Part shown: in pieces, positions 39,428 to 48,614 of the stretch
How the letters are laid out: each line of letters opens with the position of its first letter
Position numbering within the stretch: the first letter of the stretch is position 1
IMG/VR virus record: IMGVR_UViG_3300036715_004471
Span: 248,001-312,000 of that record
Direction: 5' to 3' (one strand)
DNA length: 64,000 nt
Made by a program: the position numbers and the translations under genes
The notes under the pieces: model-generated
What the model was told of the DNA's origin: nothing
The model's database searches: none
Seen by the model: the letters and a program-made list of their open reading frames with translations, nothing else

Positions 39428-40216
39428 TTAACCGTATGTTACTTCGCCATAAATATTCTGACCATAAGATTTAGCTTTGCCCTCTGGACAAAGATTCAAA
39501 TAATCGCAGAAATTACATAGAGCCGTTGGATTAGGCATATATTCTTTTTCTGTTAAAATCTGTTCAGCATATTCAAGATACTTATCTTGAATTTTCATAA
39601 TCTCTGGAACGGCGAATTCTGTAGTAATATATTCAAAATCATGTCTGAGCAAAATGTAAGATGCTCTAACTTTCTCAATTGAAGGATCTTCCGAAATTAT
39701 AACATAGGCATATGTTAACAATTGGAAAAAATCGTCTTTCAAGTATTTTTTATTTTTGACCGTCTTATAGTCGCAGACATGCACTACACCATCGTCATCG
39801 ATCTGGATTCTGTCAATCATCCCATTTAAGATAATTTTACCATCCACTAAAAATTCGAAATTCTTTTCGCACGCAATTACGTTGGCGGACAAATTATTTT
39901 TTTTATCTGTGGTAACAATCTTTAAATATTGATCAATAATCTTCCAACAATCCTTCTTCATCTCTGGAGTCATAGCTGACTTATATTCTACTACAGCATC
40001 TTTGAAAGATTTGGACATAACTACACTATAAGCTTCCTGAGAACCATTAAGATAAGCATTGTGAAAATCCTCTAATACCTTATGACAAAACTTTCCAAAG
40101 GTATGGAATTCCCAATCTTTTCTTGGCAATTTCTCAACATAAGCATACTTAAACTTAGCCTTACAATCCAAAAATGTTTTTGTTTTGGATACGGACAATC
40201 TTAATTCATTTGACAT
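39428..40216 (-). CDS. PD-(D/E)XK exonuclease with 4-Cys Fe-S ligands (AddB/Cas4-like)
   Basis: LSVSK..FLDCKAKF, GMIDRI, CDYKT, CNFCDYLNLCP. Confidence 0.85.
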   Translation of the reverse strand: MSNELRLSVSKTKTFLDCKAKFKYAYVEKLPRKDWEFHTFGKFCHKVLEDFHNAYLNGSQEAYSVVMSKSFKDAVVEYKSAMTPEMKKDCWKIIDQYLKIVTTDKKNNLSANVIACEKNFEFLVDGKIILNGMIDRIQIDDDGVVHVCDYKTVKNKKYLKDDFFQLLTYAYVIISEDPSIEKVRASYILLRHDFEYITTEFAVPEIMKIQDKYLEYAEQILTEKEYMPNPTALCNFCDYLNLCPEGKAKSYGQNIYGEVTYG

Positions 40217-40252
40217 GTCGTCACGCGTCTTTCAAATAATGTGTAATACGCA

Positions 40253-40260
40253 ATATATCA
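40253..40260 (-). promoter_or_regulatory. TGATATAT putative extended -10 element
   Basis: Intergenic, upstream of the nuclease-tig run. Confidence 0.45.
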
Positions 40261-40281
40261 TCACGAAAATACTAATAATTT

Positions 40282-41037
40282 TCAATGATAAACGAAATCA
40301 TTTACAATAAAATTATTCATAATGTTTAAACAAATAGTATTGTCATCTCCACACAAATATTGACAATTTGACATAAATGACAAATTATTAATTTCATTAG
40401 CAGTAAAATTTCTTTTTATTTGTTTACCTTTCATAGAATGAAAATCATAACAGCATAATAAATACTTATTATGTGTTAAAGGCATTATGTGATAAGTATC
40501 ATTTACATAATTTTTATCCCTCACGGAATAGATAATACTATCTGGACAAATTAATAGTTCATCTGTAGTTTTGATAAAATAATGATTGTGTTGCATATTA
40601 TAATAAAATATTGGAAAAAGTGCACGAATCAAACTATCAATAGTTTGATTTCTTATCATTTTGTCCTTAAAATTCTTCTTATTTCTTTTTAGGGCAGCAT
40701 CTAAATTATTTGGATTTCTACATATATTCATAGCTATGTATGTAGCCATGATCTTTTTTTCGTTATCTTCATTTATAAGATAACTTGATGATTTGATTCC
40801 TTCTAAAAAAGTATTAAAACTACATTCACATTTAGTAAACTCATTTTCTAATGATTTAAAAATTGATTTTTTTGTGCGATTCATACTCTCAGTAGAATAC
40901 TTCTTATCACTCCACCTATTTGATTTATTTTTATCCCAAAGATATAATTCTGTTTTTCTACAAGATTGAGCGGGTGTTTTAGAGAATTTAGAGGATCGTC
41001 TACATTCTACATGATGTGCATCAATAAGTTTATTCAT
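40282..41037 (-). CDS. hypothetical protein, DUF4238-like
   Basis: N-terminal HHV, LYLWDK, LENEF..CE, ICRNP, ICPDS loosely fit DUF4238. Confidence 0.4.
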   Translation of the reverse strand: MNKLIDAHHVECRRSSKFSKTPAQSCRKTELYLWDKNKSNRWSDKKYSTESMNRTKKSIFKSLENEFTKCECSFNTFLEGIKSSSYLINEDNEKKIMATYIAMNICRNPNNLDAALKRNKKNFKDKMIRNQTIDSLIRALFPIFYYNMQHNHYFIKTTDELLICPDSIIYSVRDKNYVNDTYHIMPLTHNKYLLCCYDFHSMKGKQIKRNFTANEINNLSFMSNCQYLCGDDNTICLNIMNNFIVNDFVYH

Positions 41038-41702
41038 CTTCTATTACCATCAATTATATTCTGTTTAGCCGAGTACGGTCTTAAGTTTTCTAATGCCCAA
41101 CATTTCTTAAAATTGTCGTCTTCCATAGAAGTATACATAAATTTTGAATGAGGAACAATATGATCAATTTGCCATGTCCAAGTAGACTGATCATCGTCTT
41201 TCCATTTATCTACACAATAAATACCATAATTGTTCCATGACATCCAAGATTCGAATTGTTTCTCTAAATGTTTTTTTAATTCATCAATTGAATATTGTAA
41301 AAATCTAAAAAATGATTGTCTATTCTTCTTGATACAAGAACGAATATTAGAAGATATACTTTCTTTCATTCTAAAAATTGAATCATTGCTGCGACGTGTA
41401 TATGTATTCTTTTTAACACGAGCCTTTACAGCTTCTTTATTATTTTGATACCATTGTTTCTTTGTATTTGAATCTTGTTCTTTATTTAATGCATGATATT
41501 TAGTTTGCTTAATAGCAATAGATTTTCTATTTTTTTCTTTATACTTGTGCGATTTTTTGTTCAGCCTATCTTTATCGCAATCTTTGCAAGTCTTATACCA
41601 ATATGAGCACAAGACTCCATTTCTTTTATTGCTGCCTTGAGAAAAATTATCTATTGTTAATTGCTTACTAAGAAGACAAACCTTACATATTTGAAATTCC
41701 AT
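41034..41702 (-). CDS. HNH homing-type endonuclease
   Basis: ELKKHLEKQF..WMSWNNYG, WQIDHIVP, LENLRPYSAKQN; N-terminal CxxC pairs. Confidence 0.85.
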   Translation of the reverse strand: MEFQICKVCLLSKQLTIDNFSQGSNKRNGVLCSYWYKTCKDCDKDRLNKKSHKYKEKNRKSIAIKQTKYHALNKEQDSNTKKQWYQNNKEAVKARVKKNTYTRRSNDSIFRMKESISSNIRSCIKKNRQSFFRFLQYSIDELKKHLEKQFESWMSWNNYGIYCVDKWKDDDQSTWTWQIDHIVPHSKFMYTSMEDDNFKKCWALENLRPYSAKQNIIDGNRR

Positions 41703-41750
41703 GATATCTCCAAATGGTAACCATTCGAAATATCAAACTATTGATAGATT

Positions 41751-42734
41751 TTAGAATAACACTCTACGTGTAAAAGGCAACCATTCGAAAATATATTTAT
41801 TTCCCTCACCACCGCCTGCCGTGGCAATATTGGAAAGATTGCCATTGAAAGTGCCAGTAGGCTGATAAGGTGCTTTGGAAATAATCCACCTATTAGTCCA
41901 AGTGTCTAAATAATAATAGGTAATTGTATTATCACGTGGATTATAATGTGATCTCAAGAAAGATCCACTAACTGGTGGAGCATCTAATCCACTCGTATAA
42001 AAAGCATTTCCATCACGTGCACGTTCAGTATTTTCTAAAGTGAAAAATTGCCTATTTATTTGTATTGGTCCATTAGGATCTTCTTTTGAAAAGTCTTGAA
42101 AAATTACGAACGCCCTTGGATCGAACACGCTTGTAAATTGTGTACTTTCTTCTGGGGCAGCAGGCTGATTTTCAATCTTAACTTGAGCTGGCAAATTACC
42201 AACAATTGCCTCGCCAGTTGCATTTCTAGTAGTGTAAACAATGTTATAATTTTCTGAAGTATAAGGTTTGTTAGTAAATGCGTTTGGATAACCATCTGCA
42301 TCAAAACCTGTTGATTTGGTTGACACCGCCGGGTCATTAACATTTGTACCAGCATCACCCGGATTTAAGAAATTCCCCACAGGTTGAGCGGGTGGCGTAC
42401 CAAAAGGATACAAACCCGGAATATTAGAGCCAGCGGGAGCATCTGTAGCTGAATGAGCTAATCTAGTGTTACTTAGTATATTGGTAGTATATTCGTCAAC
42501 AATAACAGGAGATGAATCTGCCCCATTGGTAGCCATTATACTTAAAATTACAGATAACTGATTAATAGGTAATAGTATTGGTCCAGTATATATATTAGAA
42601 AACAAAGTTGGCGTACTACCATTTAATGTATAAAAAATAGAAGAAGGAATATTAGAAGTGATTGTGACACTTTTAGGTATACCAGCAATTACTTGTTCTG
42701 CTGATTCAGTAATGGTTAAGTTAATTACAGCCAT
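41751..42734 (-). CDS. protein with N-terminal chitobiase/Fn3-associated beta-sandwich; probably structural
   Basis: IFYTLNGSTPT...YTGPI motif. Confidence 0.6.
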   Translation of the reverse strand: MAVINLTITESAEQVIAGIPKSVTITSNIPSSIFYTLNGSTPTLFSNIYTGPILLPINQLSVILSIMATNGADSSPVIVDEYTTNILSNTRLAHSATDAPAGSNIPGLYPFGTPPAQPVGNFLNPGDAGTNVNDPAVSTKSTGFDADGYPNAFTNKPYTSENYNIVYTTRNATGEAIVGNLPAQVKIENQPAAPEESTQFTSVFDPRAFVIFQDFSKEDPNGPIQINRQFFTLENTERARDGNAFYTSGLDAPPVSGSFLRSHYNPRDNTITYYYLDTWTNRWIISKAPYQPTGTFNGNLSNIATAGGGEGNKYIFEWLPFTRRVLF

Positions 42735-42735
42735 G

Positions 42736-43053
42736 TTAAACTACAACGTTTAGAAATCTTGGGTTTGGTTGGCTCATTCTCTTTTTTAACATAATTCTAT
42801 ATACTTTATGAGCAGCGCGGCGGAAGGTTTTGGCGATTTCCAAATAAAGCCCTTCACCCTCTCTTCTATATAAAATTATGAGTTGGTCGTAATAATCTAA
42901 TAATTCTAAATGGGGAGGAGTCCCCTTATAGGTACCATTACTTATTGCTACCAATTTATTGAGGGAGGCAATTAATAGGTTCTTATAGAACTTTTCCTGC
43001 CCTCCCGATACATATCTTGGAACAAATTCCTTCTTAAACAGCTCCACGTTCAT
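42736..43053 (-). CDS. hypothetical protein
   Basis: 105-aa ORF. Confidence 0.65.
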   Translation of the reverse strand: MNVELFKKEFVPRYVSGGQEKFYKNLLIASLNKLVAISNGTYKGTPPHLELLDYYDQLIILYRREGEGLYLEIAKTFRRAAHKVYRIMLKKRMSQPNPRFLNVVV

Positions 43054-43085
43054 GTATAAATGTTTAAATAACCATTATAGTGTAA

Positions 43086-43355
43086 TTATTTTTTGACTTG
43101 ACGAGAAATGCGCAATAAAACCAAATATCCAAGAAGGTCTAAAACTACATCTTCACCAGCGTTGTTTCCACGAGCCAAACGAGATAGTTTATCATCAAGG
43201 CGCACAAGTATTTGTTCTTCAGGAGAAGCTTTTGAAAAAACACGTACTGGTTCTAGAGCACTATTACCATAAGCACGGTTTTTTTCTATCAACATGTCAG
43301 CAAGAGCATTACATTCTTCACGAACCAATAATTCAAAATCATTATCTTTTTTCAT
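43086..43355 (-). CDS. DUF1599 / nucleotide-modification-associated helical protein
   Basis: KNRAYGNS...RLDDKLSRL...DVVLDLLGY. Confidence 0.75.
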   Translation of the reverse strand: MKKDNDFELLVREECNALADMLIEKNRAYGNSALEPVRVFSKASPEEQILVRLDDKLSRLARGNNAGEDVVLDLLGYLVLLRISRQVKK

Positions 43356-43357
43356 AA

Positions 43358-45565
43358 TTACCAACTATTAACTACTCTGGCTTTAGATATCATATTAAGA
43401 TCTTGCTCAACTAAAATACCATTAGCAAATTTGTTTTTTAATCTATCATTGTGTGTAATAACTAGAATTGTAAAATCTTTCTGGAAAAACTTTACAATAT
43501 CGGCAAATGAATCTACGCTGGCTTTATCTAAAGATTGATCAATCTCATCTAATAATAGCAGCTTGATATTAGTTCCAAATATATCTTGTAAAAGATAATT
43601 CAACCCAATTTTTAAACTAAAAGTCACAGCTAGCTTCATTGCTCCGGAAAGTTGTTCATAATACCTATCTTTACCATTCACATGGTAATGAATATCCAAA
43701 GTATCTGATTCTGTGCCATCCCCCTTTGTCTTTTCGATAAAAAAAGATAACTGTAATCCAGGTCTCAATTTATTCAACAAATCATTAGCTTTTAATTGTA
43801 AATCATCCAATACATTTTGTATTATCAGATTTGGAATTCCCGTGGTAGAAAATGCCTGTATCACGTTTGGGTACATAGCATGTTTCTTTTCTAAATCTTG
43901 CAATCTAATTTTCAAACTATTCATTCGAACTATTTCTTTATTCTTTTGTTCGATGTTATGCTTGATCACAGCCCTGGAAGCTGTCAAATGCGCAATTTCT
44001 TTGTTTAGAGAGGCAATTTCAGAATTTGTCCCAACGATCTTTGACCTCTGAGTATCTATGCGCGTCATGATTTCATTAGCTTCAGAAATGGATGACATAG
44101 CAATCATTGCTTTAATCTCATCTAATTCAGACAATTTATTATTCAAATCGTCCAAAAACTTATCATACAAACCAGAATAATCTGCATGAAGATTCTTTTT
44201 ATCTTGCAACTCTTTATTTTTAAGCGTAAGCTTATTGTTCAATTCATCTAATTGTTGCTTAGATCGTGTTAAAGAATTCATCTTTAATTGATAATTATTA
44301 ACTTCTCCATTGAGAAGTGCGATTTCTTTTTTCGCCACAGCAATATTGTGTTGACATTTTTCCATATTCTTAGCAACTTGCTCTAAGCAAACTTTCTTAT
44401 GTTCTTGTGTCATTGGCTGACGACAATGTTTGCATACGCTATCATCTGGAAATGGAATTTTCAAATCTTCATAATCAGCAATATTATTCTGCACCGAAAC
44501 ATTTAGATATGCCAATTTTTGTTTATGCTCGCTAATTTGTTCGGCTAAAGAATTGATTTCAGAAAAATCTATCTCACTTAAACTATTAGATAGTTCTTTA
44601 GATTTCTTTACCTCATCTATTAGTTCTTTTGCCTGCTTAACGGCAGCATTCTTTTTGCCTTGATAATCTTTTACTGATAATTCTAATCTTGATTTTTCTA
44701 CCAAAAGAACTTTTTCTTTTTCTATCAGAGATATGGATTTACTTTCCAAATCTTTATGAGTACGCAACAATTCGCTTAATTCACTGTTCAGCAGTGTTAA
44801 ATTTGCTGTTGGAGATTCTAGTGTTTTAATCAAAGATTCTATCTTAGTCTCTACTTCTAGAGACTGTTCTTGAAGCTCTTCTAGATCAACACCTGCGGAC
44901 ATTAGAGAATCAATCAATATTTTATGTTTATCTATTTCTTTTACCAAAACAGAAGAACGGTCTTTTGCTATTTTTTCCAGTTTTGAATAAATAGCAAGAT
45001 TCAAAGCGTCCTTAAAAAGGGCTTTTCTTTTTTCCGGAGTAGATGTAGTTAAACCTGAAAAATCATTTTGCACAAAATGCACGATACTTCTAAAGGTTTT
45101 GAAGTTAATCTTGATTAACTTTTCTAATTCTTTTTCTGTATCGGCTGCGCGGCGACCAGAAATATCCTTCCAGAATTTGTCATCTGATATCGGATCAGAT
45201 TTCAGATCGTGATATACTTCTATTTCGGAACCAACAACGGAATTTCTTTGTAAAAGAGTTAAATCAGTACTACCTTTTTTTGTTCTTTTACGAATTATTC
45301 TATATTCCTGCTCACCAATTAAAAAATCAAAAGTGATCATACAAATATTTGCATCATCTCTGATGATTTTTTCTAGATTGACATCTGCTTGATTAAAAAG
45401 AACATATTCTATAGCCTTAAAAATAGATGATTTACCTACACCATTAGAGAAAGAATCATTATTTTCCATTTTGCCGACAATTAGAGCCGATTGGAATTGA
45501 GAAAAATCCACAAAACTCTTTTCGTGACACATGAAGTTTTCAATGTATAATTTTGACGGAATCAT
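43358..45565 (-). CDS. sbcC: SbcC/Rad50 (gp46-like) ATPase
   Basis: NGVGKSS, coiled coil with zinc hook CKHC, signature LSGAM, LLLDE, ITHN. Confidence 0.92.
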   Translation of the reverse strand: MIPSKLYIENFMCHEKSFVDFSQFQSALIVGKMENNDSFSNGVGKSSIFKAIEYVLFNQADVNLEKIIRDDANICMITFDFLIGEQEYRIIRKRTKKGSTDLTLLQRNSVVGSEIEVYHDLKSDPISDDKFWKDISGRRAADTEKELEKLIKINFKTFRSIVHFVQNDFSGLTTSTPEKRKALFKDALNLAIYSKLEKIAKDRSSVLVKEIDKHKILIDSLMSAGVDLEELQEQSLEVETKIESLIKTLESPTANLTLLNSELSELLRTHKDLESKSISLIEKEKVLLVEKSRLELSVKDYQGKKNAAVKQAKELIDEVKKSKELSNSLSEIDFSEINSLAEQISEHKQKLAYLNVSVQNNIADYEDLKIPFPDDSVCKHCRQPMTQEHKKVCLEQVAKNMEKCQHNIAVAKKEIALLNGEVNNYQLKMNSLTRSKQQLDELNNKLTLKNKELQDKKNLHADYSGLYDKFLDDLNNKLSELDEIKAMIAMSSISEANEIMTRIDTQRSKIVGTNSEIASLNKEIAHLTASRAVIKHNIEQKNKEIVRMNSLKIRLQDLEKKHAMYPNVIQAFSTTGIPNLIIQNVLDDLQLKANDLLNKLRPGLQLSFFIEKTKGDGTESDTLDIHYHVNGKDRYYEQLSGAMKLAVTFSLKIGLNYLLQDIFGTNIKLLLLDEIDQSLDKASVDSFADIVKFFQKDFTILVITHNDRLKNKFANGILVEQDLNMISKARVVNSW

Positions 45566-46761
45566 TCCTTACCCTCGGATTTGAATGTCTGATAAATTTC
45601 CATTGCCAAATTAATAAACTCATCTTTCTGGGAAGGATGAATATAAGTTTCACCATATTTATTGATGGCAATAGGTACGTCCATTTTAGTATTCAAAGTA
45701 TTGGAAGTGTCCTTCTTTATAAGAACAGCTTTTTTAGACTCTGAAATGCCTGAAATATTGAATGCCCCCTGTGAAGTAAGGTATTTCTCAACTTTTGATT
45801 TATCAATTGATTTAAGATCAGATGATTCGAGTGCAATATCCACTTTAACAATAGATTTGTCCCACGTTTCTTCTAAGCTTTTAATTTGTGATAAAACATA
45901 AGCTGTTGTGTCTTTTGTATCTTTTGGTACAGAAATCGTAACTTTCTTCAAAGCACGTGTTGGAAGATATTGAGTTGTAAATTCCTTATCAGAATTCGTA
46001 TCTAACAAAACTATATATTTCTTTTGATCCGTTTCACCAAAATTAGAAATATCCATACTGCCAATATGGGCAACATACGGGTTATTCTTATTCATGACTT
46101 GAGGTTTATGAACATGACCCATCCAAACGTAATCATATCCTTTAAACATTTCAATTGGACAGAACAATTCATTGGTAATGTCATCAATTTCATCGCCAAC
46201 AGGTATAGAACCCTCTATTGCTAAATGTCCAATCAATACTTTTTTATAGGTCTTTGGCATAGCAGCTTGCTCATAAATCAAGCTATCTTGCAAAAGAGCA
46301 ATTGCTGCCTGATTTGATGGTGTTCCAAAAGATTTACGATCTCTGAACGGAACAAAAGTAAAAGCAGTGGTTCCAATAACAATCGTATCTATGTTTTTGT
46401 AGACATGAATTCCATCCATTTCAGATTCACTGATAATATCTAATGGAGATGAATACACAAACCCACTACGTAACATGTCATGATTACCTAAAATCAAATG
46501 AACATGGACGTCGTTAGCTTGACATCTTTTTAACCAAGAAATAAACAATGTTATCAATGCGGGATGTGGGCGAGGATCTTCGAAAATATCTCCAGTCACA
46601 ACGATATGCTCAGAAGATGATTCTACTGCTTGATCCAAAGTCCAATCAAGAAGATTAAGTTGATCAGCAATGCGACTATTTAAGTTTGAACCGATACCAG
46701 TTTTACCAATATTGACCCCTTTACCCAAATGTACATCGCCTAAAATTATAACATTGGACAT
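45562..46761 (-). CDS. sbcD: SbcD/Mre11 (gp47-like) nuclease
   Basis: GDVHLG, GDIFE, GNHD, GHL, GHVH. Confidence 0.92.
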   Translation of the reverse strand: MSNVIILGDVHLGKGVNIGKTGIGSNLNSRIADQLNLLDWTLDQAVESSSEHIVVTGDIFEDPRPHPALITLFISWLKRCQANDVHVHLILGNHDMLRSGFVYSSPLDIISESEMDGIHVYKNIDTIVIGTTAFTFVPFRDRKSFGTPSNQAAIALLQDSLIYEQAAMPKTYKKVLIGHLAIEGSIPVGDEIDDITNELFCPIEMFKGYDYVWMGHVHKPQVMNKNNPYVAHIGSMDISNFGETDQKKYIVLLDTNSDKEFTTQYLPTRALKKVTISVPKDTKDTTAYVLSQIKSLEETWDKSIVKVDIALESSDLKSIDKSKVEKYLTSQGAFNISGISESKKAVLIKKDTSNTLNTKMDVPIAINKYGETYIHPSQKDEFINLAMEIYQTFKSEGKE

Positions 46762-47378
46762 GGTACGTAATCTTTTATACTTTCTTTGAGTTGATCAACT
46801 ACTGAACGTAAAGCTTCATTATTAAGATTGTGCTTCGCATTTATAGTGTCATATACCATGCAGATATCTTCGATAAATGTACGTGATTTTTCATCATTAT
46901 TAAGTTGTCTAAAACTTCGTACACCATTTGAGAAATTCAACATAATCTCTAATTTTTCAGAGAAGTTATCCCTATCAATCACAACGGCATCTTCATCAGA
47001 ATCAGACTTAAAAATATCCAATATCTTGTATGCCGCTTTTACTCTAGATATTTTGTCCATGTTGGATACAAAATCACAACATCTTACCCCTGTTTTGCAA
47101 CCAAAACACCAAAAACTATTTGTTTGTGGATAAAAATAAAAGGAGGGCGAATTTTCTCGTCCTCCTTTATGAGATGAAAAGGGGCAGATTACTTTTCTAT
47201 TCTGTTCATCTAGCCTTAAACCATACAATTTAAATAGTTTAGTTAGGGGAACTGAATCTGCCCTTTTGATTAAGTCTTGGTAAAACTTCTTTCCTGCAAC
47301 AGTTTCTGAAGAGTTTCCATAATACCGAGATGTTTCGCTATCGCTAACGGATCCTGAACTATCTGATAATTTGTACAT
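46746..47378 (-). CDS. CHC2 (DnaG-type) zinc-binding domain plus unknown helical domain
   Basis: CPFSSH...NSPSF......FWCFGC...DFV. Confidence 0.85.
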   Translation of the reverse strand: MYKLSDSSGSVSDSETSRYYGNSSETVAGKKFYQDLIKRADSVPLTKLFKLYGLRLDEQNRKVICPFSSHKGGRENSPSFYFYPQTNSFWCFGCKTGVRCCDFVSNMDKISRVKAAYKILDIFKSDSDEDAVVIDRDNFSEKLEIMLNFSNGVRSFRQLNNDEKSRTFIEDICMVYDTINAKHNLNNEALRSVVDQLKESIKDYVPCPML

Positions 47379-47449
47379 AGCTGTGAATATTTGCTAAAAT
47401 TCTCTTTTTCCTCAGAAATTAAAAGCAATAATAATTCTTTGGTGATCAT
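47270..47449 (-). CDS. 59-aa helical protein overlapping the zinc-finger gene in another frame
   Basis: ATG 3 nt after the upstream stop; MITKELLLLLISEEKENF...RSFTKT*; below the ORF-track cutoff. Confidence 0.55.
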   Translation of the reverse strand: MITKELLLLLISEEKENFSKYSQLCTNYQIVQDPLAIAKHLGIMETLQKLLQERSFTKT

Positions 47450-47452
47450 AGT

Positions 47453-47947
47453 TTATTCACTGGCTTTTTTCTTGTCAAGAGCCTGTGTAATTTTCGTAGA
47501 AATTAGGGTGTCCATTTTTTTATCAATTTGAGATAGTGTGTATTCTAAATCATTGATTCTATCTCTTTGAGAAAAACAGGTTCTTAATAATAAGGTTATC
47601 CAACTCAAAGATCCCATATCATTTTGCTCAGCAGGATCATCATTAATCTCAATTGCTAATTGAATCATTCTTGTCAGAAGTTCTTTTTCTAATTCTGAAC
47701 TAAAAATGGTTTTATTAGTCTTAAGAGTCTTATCCATCATAGATTTATTGAATTGCAATGCCAATTCAGCAGCTTTAACTTTATGACCAGAAGCTCTTTC
47801 CTGAATTGTATTAACTTTCCTATCCAATTCTTCTTGCGTTGGTTTTTTTGGTATTGAGTCGAAAATAGATTTTTGAGTACTAACATTCTTCAAACCTATT
47901 TTTTTAGACTGTGTAGAAGGAACATCATCTTCTTCATCAAAAGGCAT
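47453..47947 (-). CDS. hypothetical coiled-coil protein
   Basis: 164-aa ORF. Confidence 0.7.
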   Translation of the reverse strand: MPFDEEDDVPSTQSKKIGLKNVSTQKSIFDSIPKKPTQEELDRKVNTIQERASGHKVKAAELALQFNKSMMDKTLKTNKTIFSSELEKELLTRMIQLAIEINDDPAEQNDMGSLSWITLLLRTCFSQRDRINDLEYTLSQIDKKMDTLISTKITQALDKKKASE

Positions 47948-47956
47948 GATAACTCC

Positions 47957-48298
47957 TTATTTCTTTACCTTAGGCGGAGCCAAAGTAACTGCAATAAATC
48001 TATCTACTTGCTCTGTTTGATACTTAGGTGAAACCGCAGTTTCTAATGCAGGTAATGCGGATGTAGCCTTAGTCAAAGCAGTTAAATGAAGTTTTGATGG
48101 ATCAATAAGAACTTGCTTATAATACAAGTGTACAAATTGATTATCCAACGCAAACATTTCTAACTTAAGATTCTTTATCTCATCCCAAATTTTATCAGCA
48201 TCAGACTTAACGGGAGCGGCAGGTGCAGGTGCCGGTGCCACTACAACAGGTGTTTCTACAACAGGGGCGACGACTTTTTTCTTAGCTTTCTTATCCAT
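47957..48298 (-). CDS. hypothetical protein
   Basis: Pro/Ala-rich N-terminus; GGAG upstream. Confidence 0.7.
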   Translation of the reverse strand: MDKKAKKKVVAPVVETPVVVAPAPAPAAPVKSDADKIWDEIKNLKLEMFALDNQFVHLYYKQVLIDPSKLHLTALTKATSALPALETAVSPKYQTEQVDRFIAVTLAPPKVKK

Positions 48299-48614
48299 TT
48301 ATATCTCCTATAGAATCACATATATCAGCAAACGCTTTCCTCAGCGCACTAGTTAAAATCAACCCGTTAATTCTACGTAATTCTTTTCCATTATTTAATA
48401 TGATAATAGTTGGAATAGATGTTACGTTGAATCTTTTACAAAAAACCTTGAAAAAATCCACATCAACGGCAAAAAACCCCATATCCTTGTACTTCTCTTC
48501 CATCTTGGAAAGCATGCTCATCATTTTTTTATGATGAGGCATCCATGAGGAATAAAAATACAAAGACTGGAGTCCTGTAATTATTATGTCTTTTTCTTGA
48601 GTTAAGAAAATCAT
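48291..48614 (-). CDS. thioredoxin-fold protein lacking both active-site cysteines
   Basis: YFYSSWMPHHK at the WCGPCK position; VDVD, SIPT cis-Pro loop, GKELRRING. Confidence 0.8.
   Translation of the reverse strand: MIFLTQEKDIIITGLQSLYFYSSWMPHHKKMMSMLSKMEEKYKDMGFFAVDVDFFKVFCKRFNVTSIPTIIILNNGKELRRINGLILTSALRKAFADICDSIGDING
48320..48327 (-). promoter_or_regulatory. TGATATAT putative extended -10 element in the 3' end of the thioredoxin-like gene
   Basis: About 20 nt upstream of the next start. Confidence 0.35.

Noticed and set aside
39428-40216. Cas4 as part of a CRISPR system
   Set aside because: No cas1/cas2 or array; solo PD-(D/E)XK Fe-S nucleases are common phage recombination enzymes.
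43358-45565. SbcC signature LSGAM instead of LSGG[E/Q]
   Set aside because: Signature variants are common in phage gp46-like proteins and the other motifs are intact.
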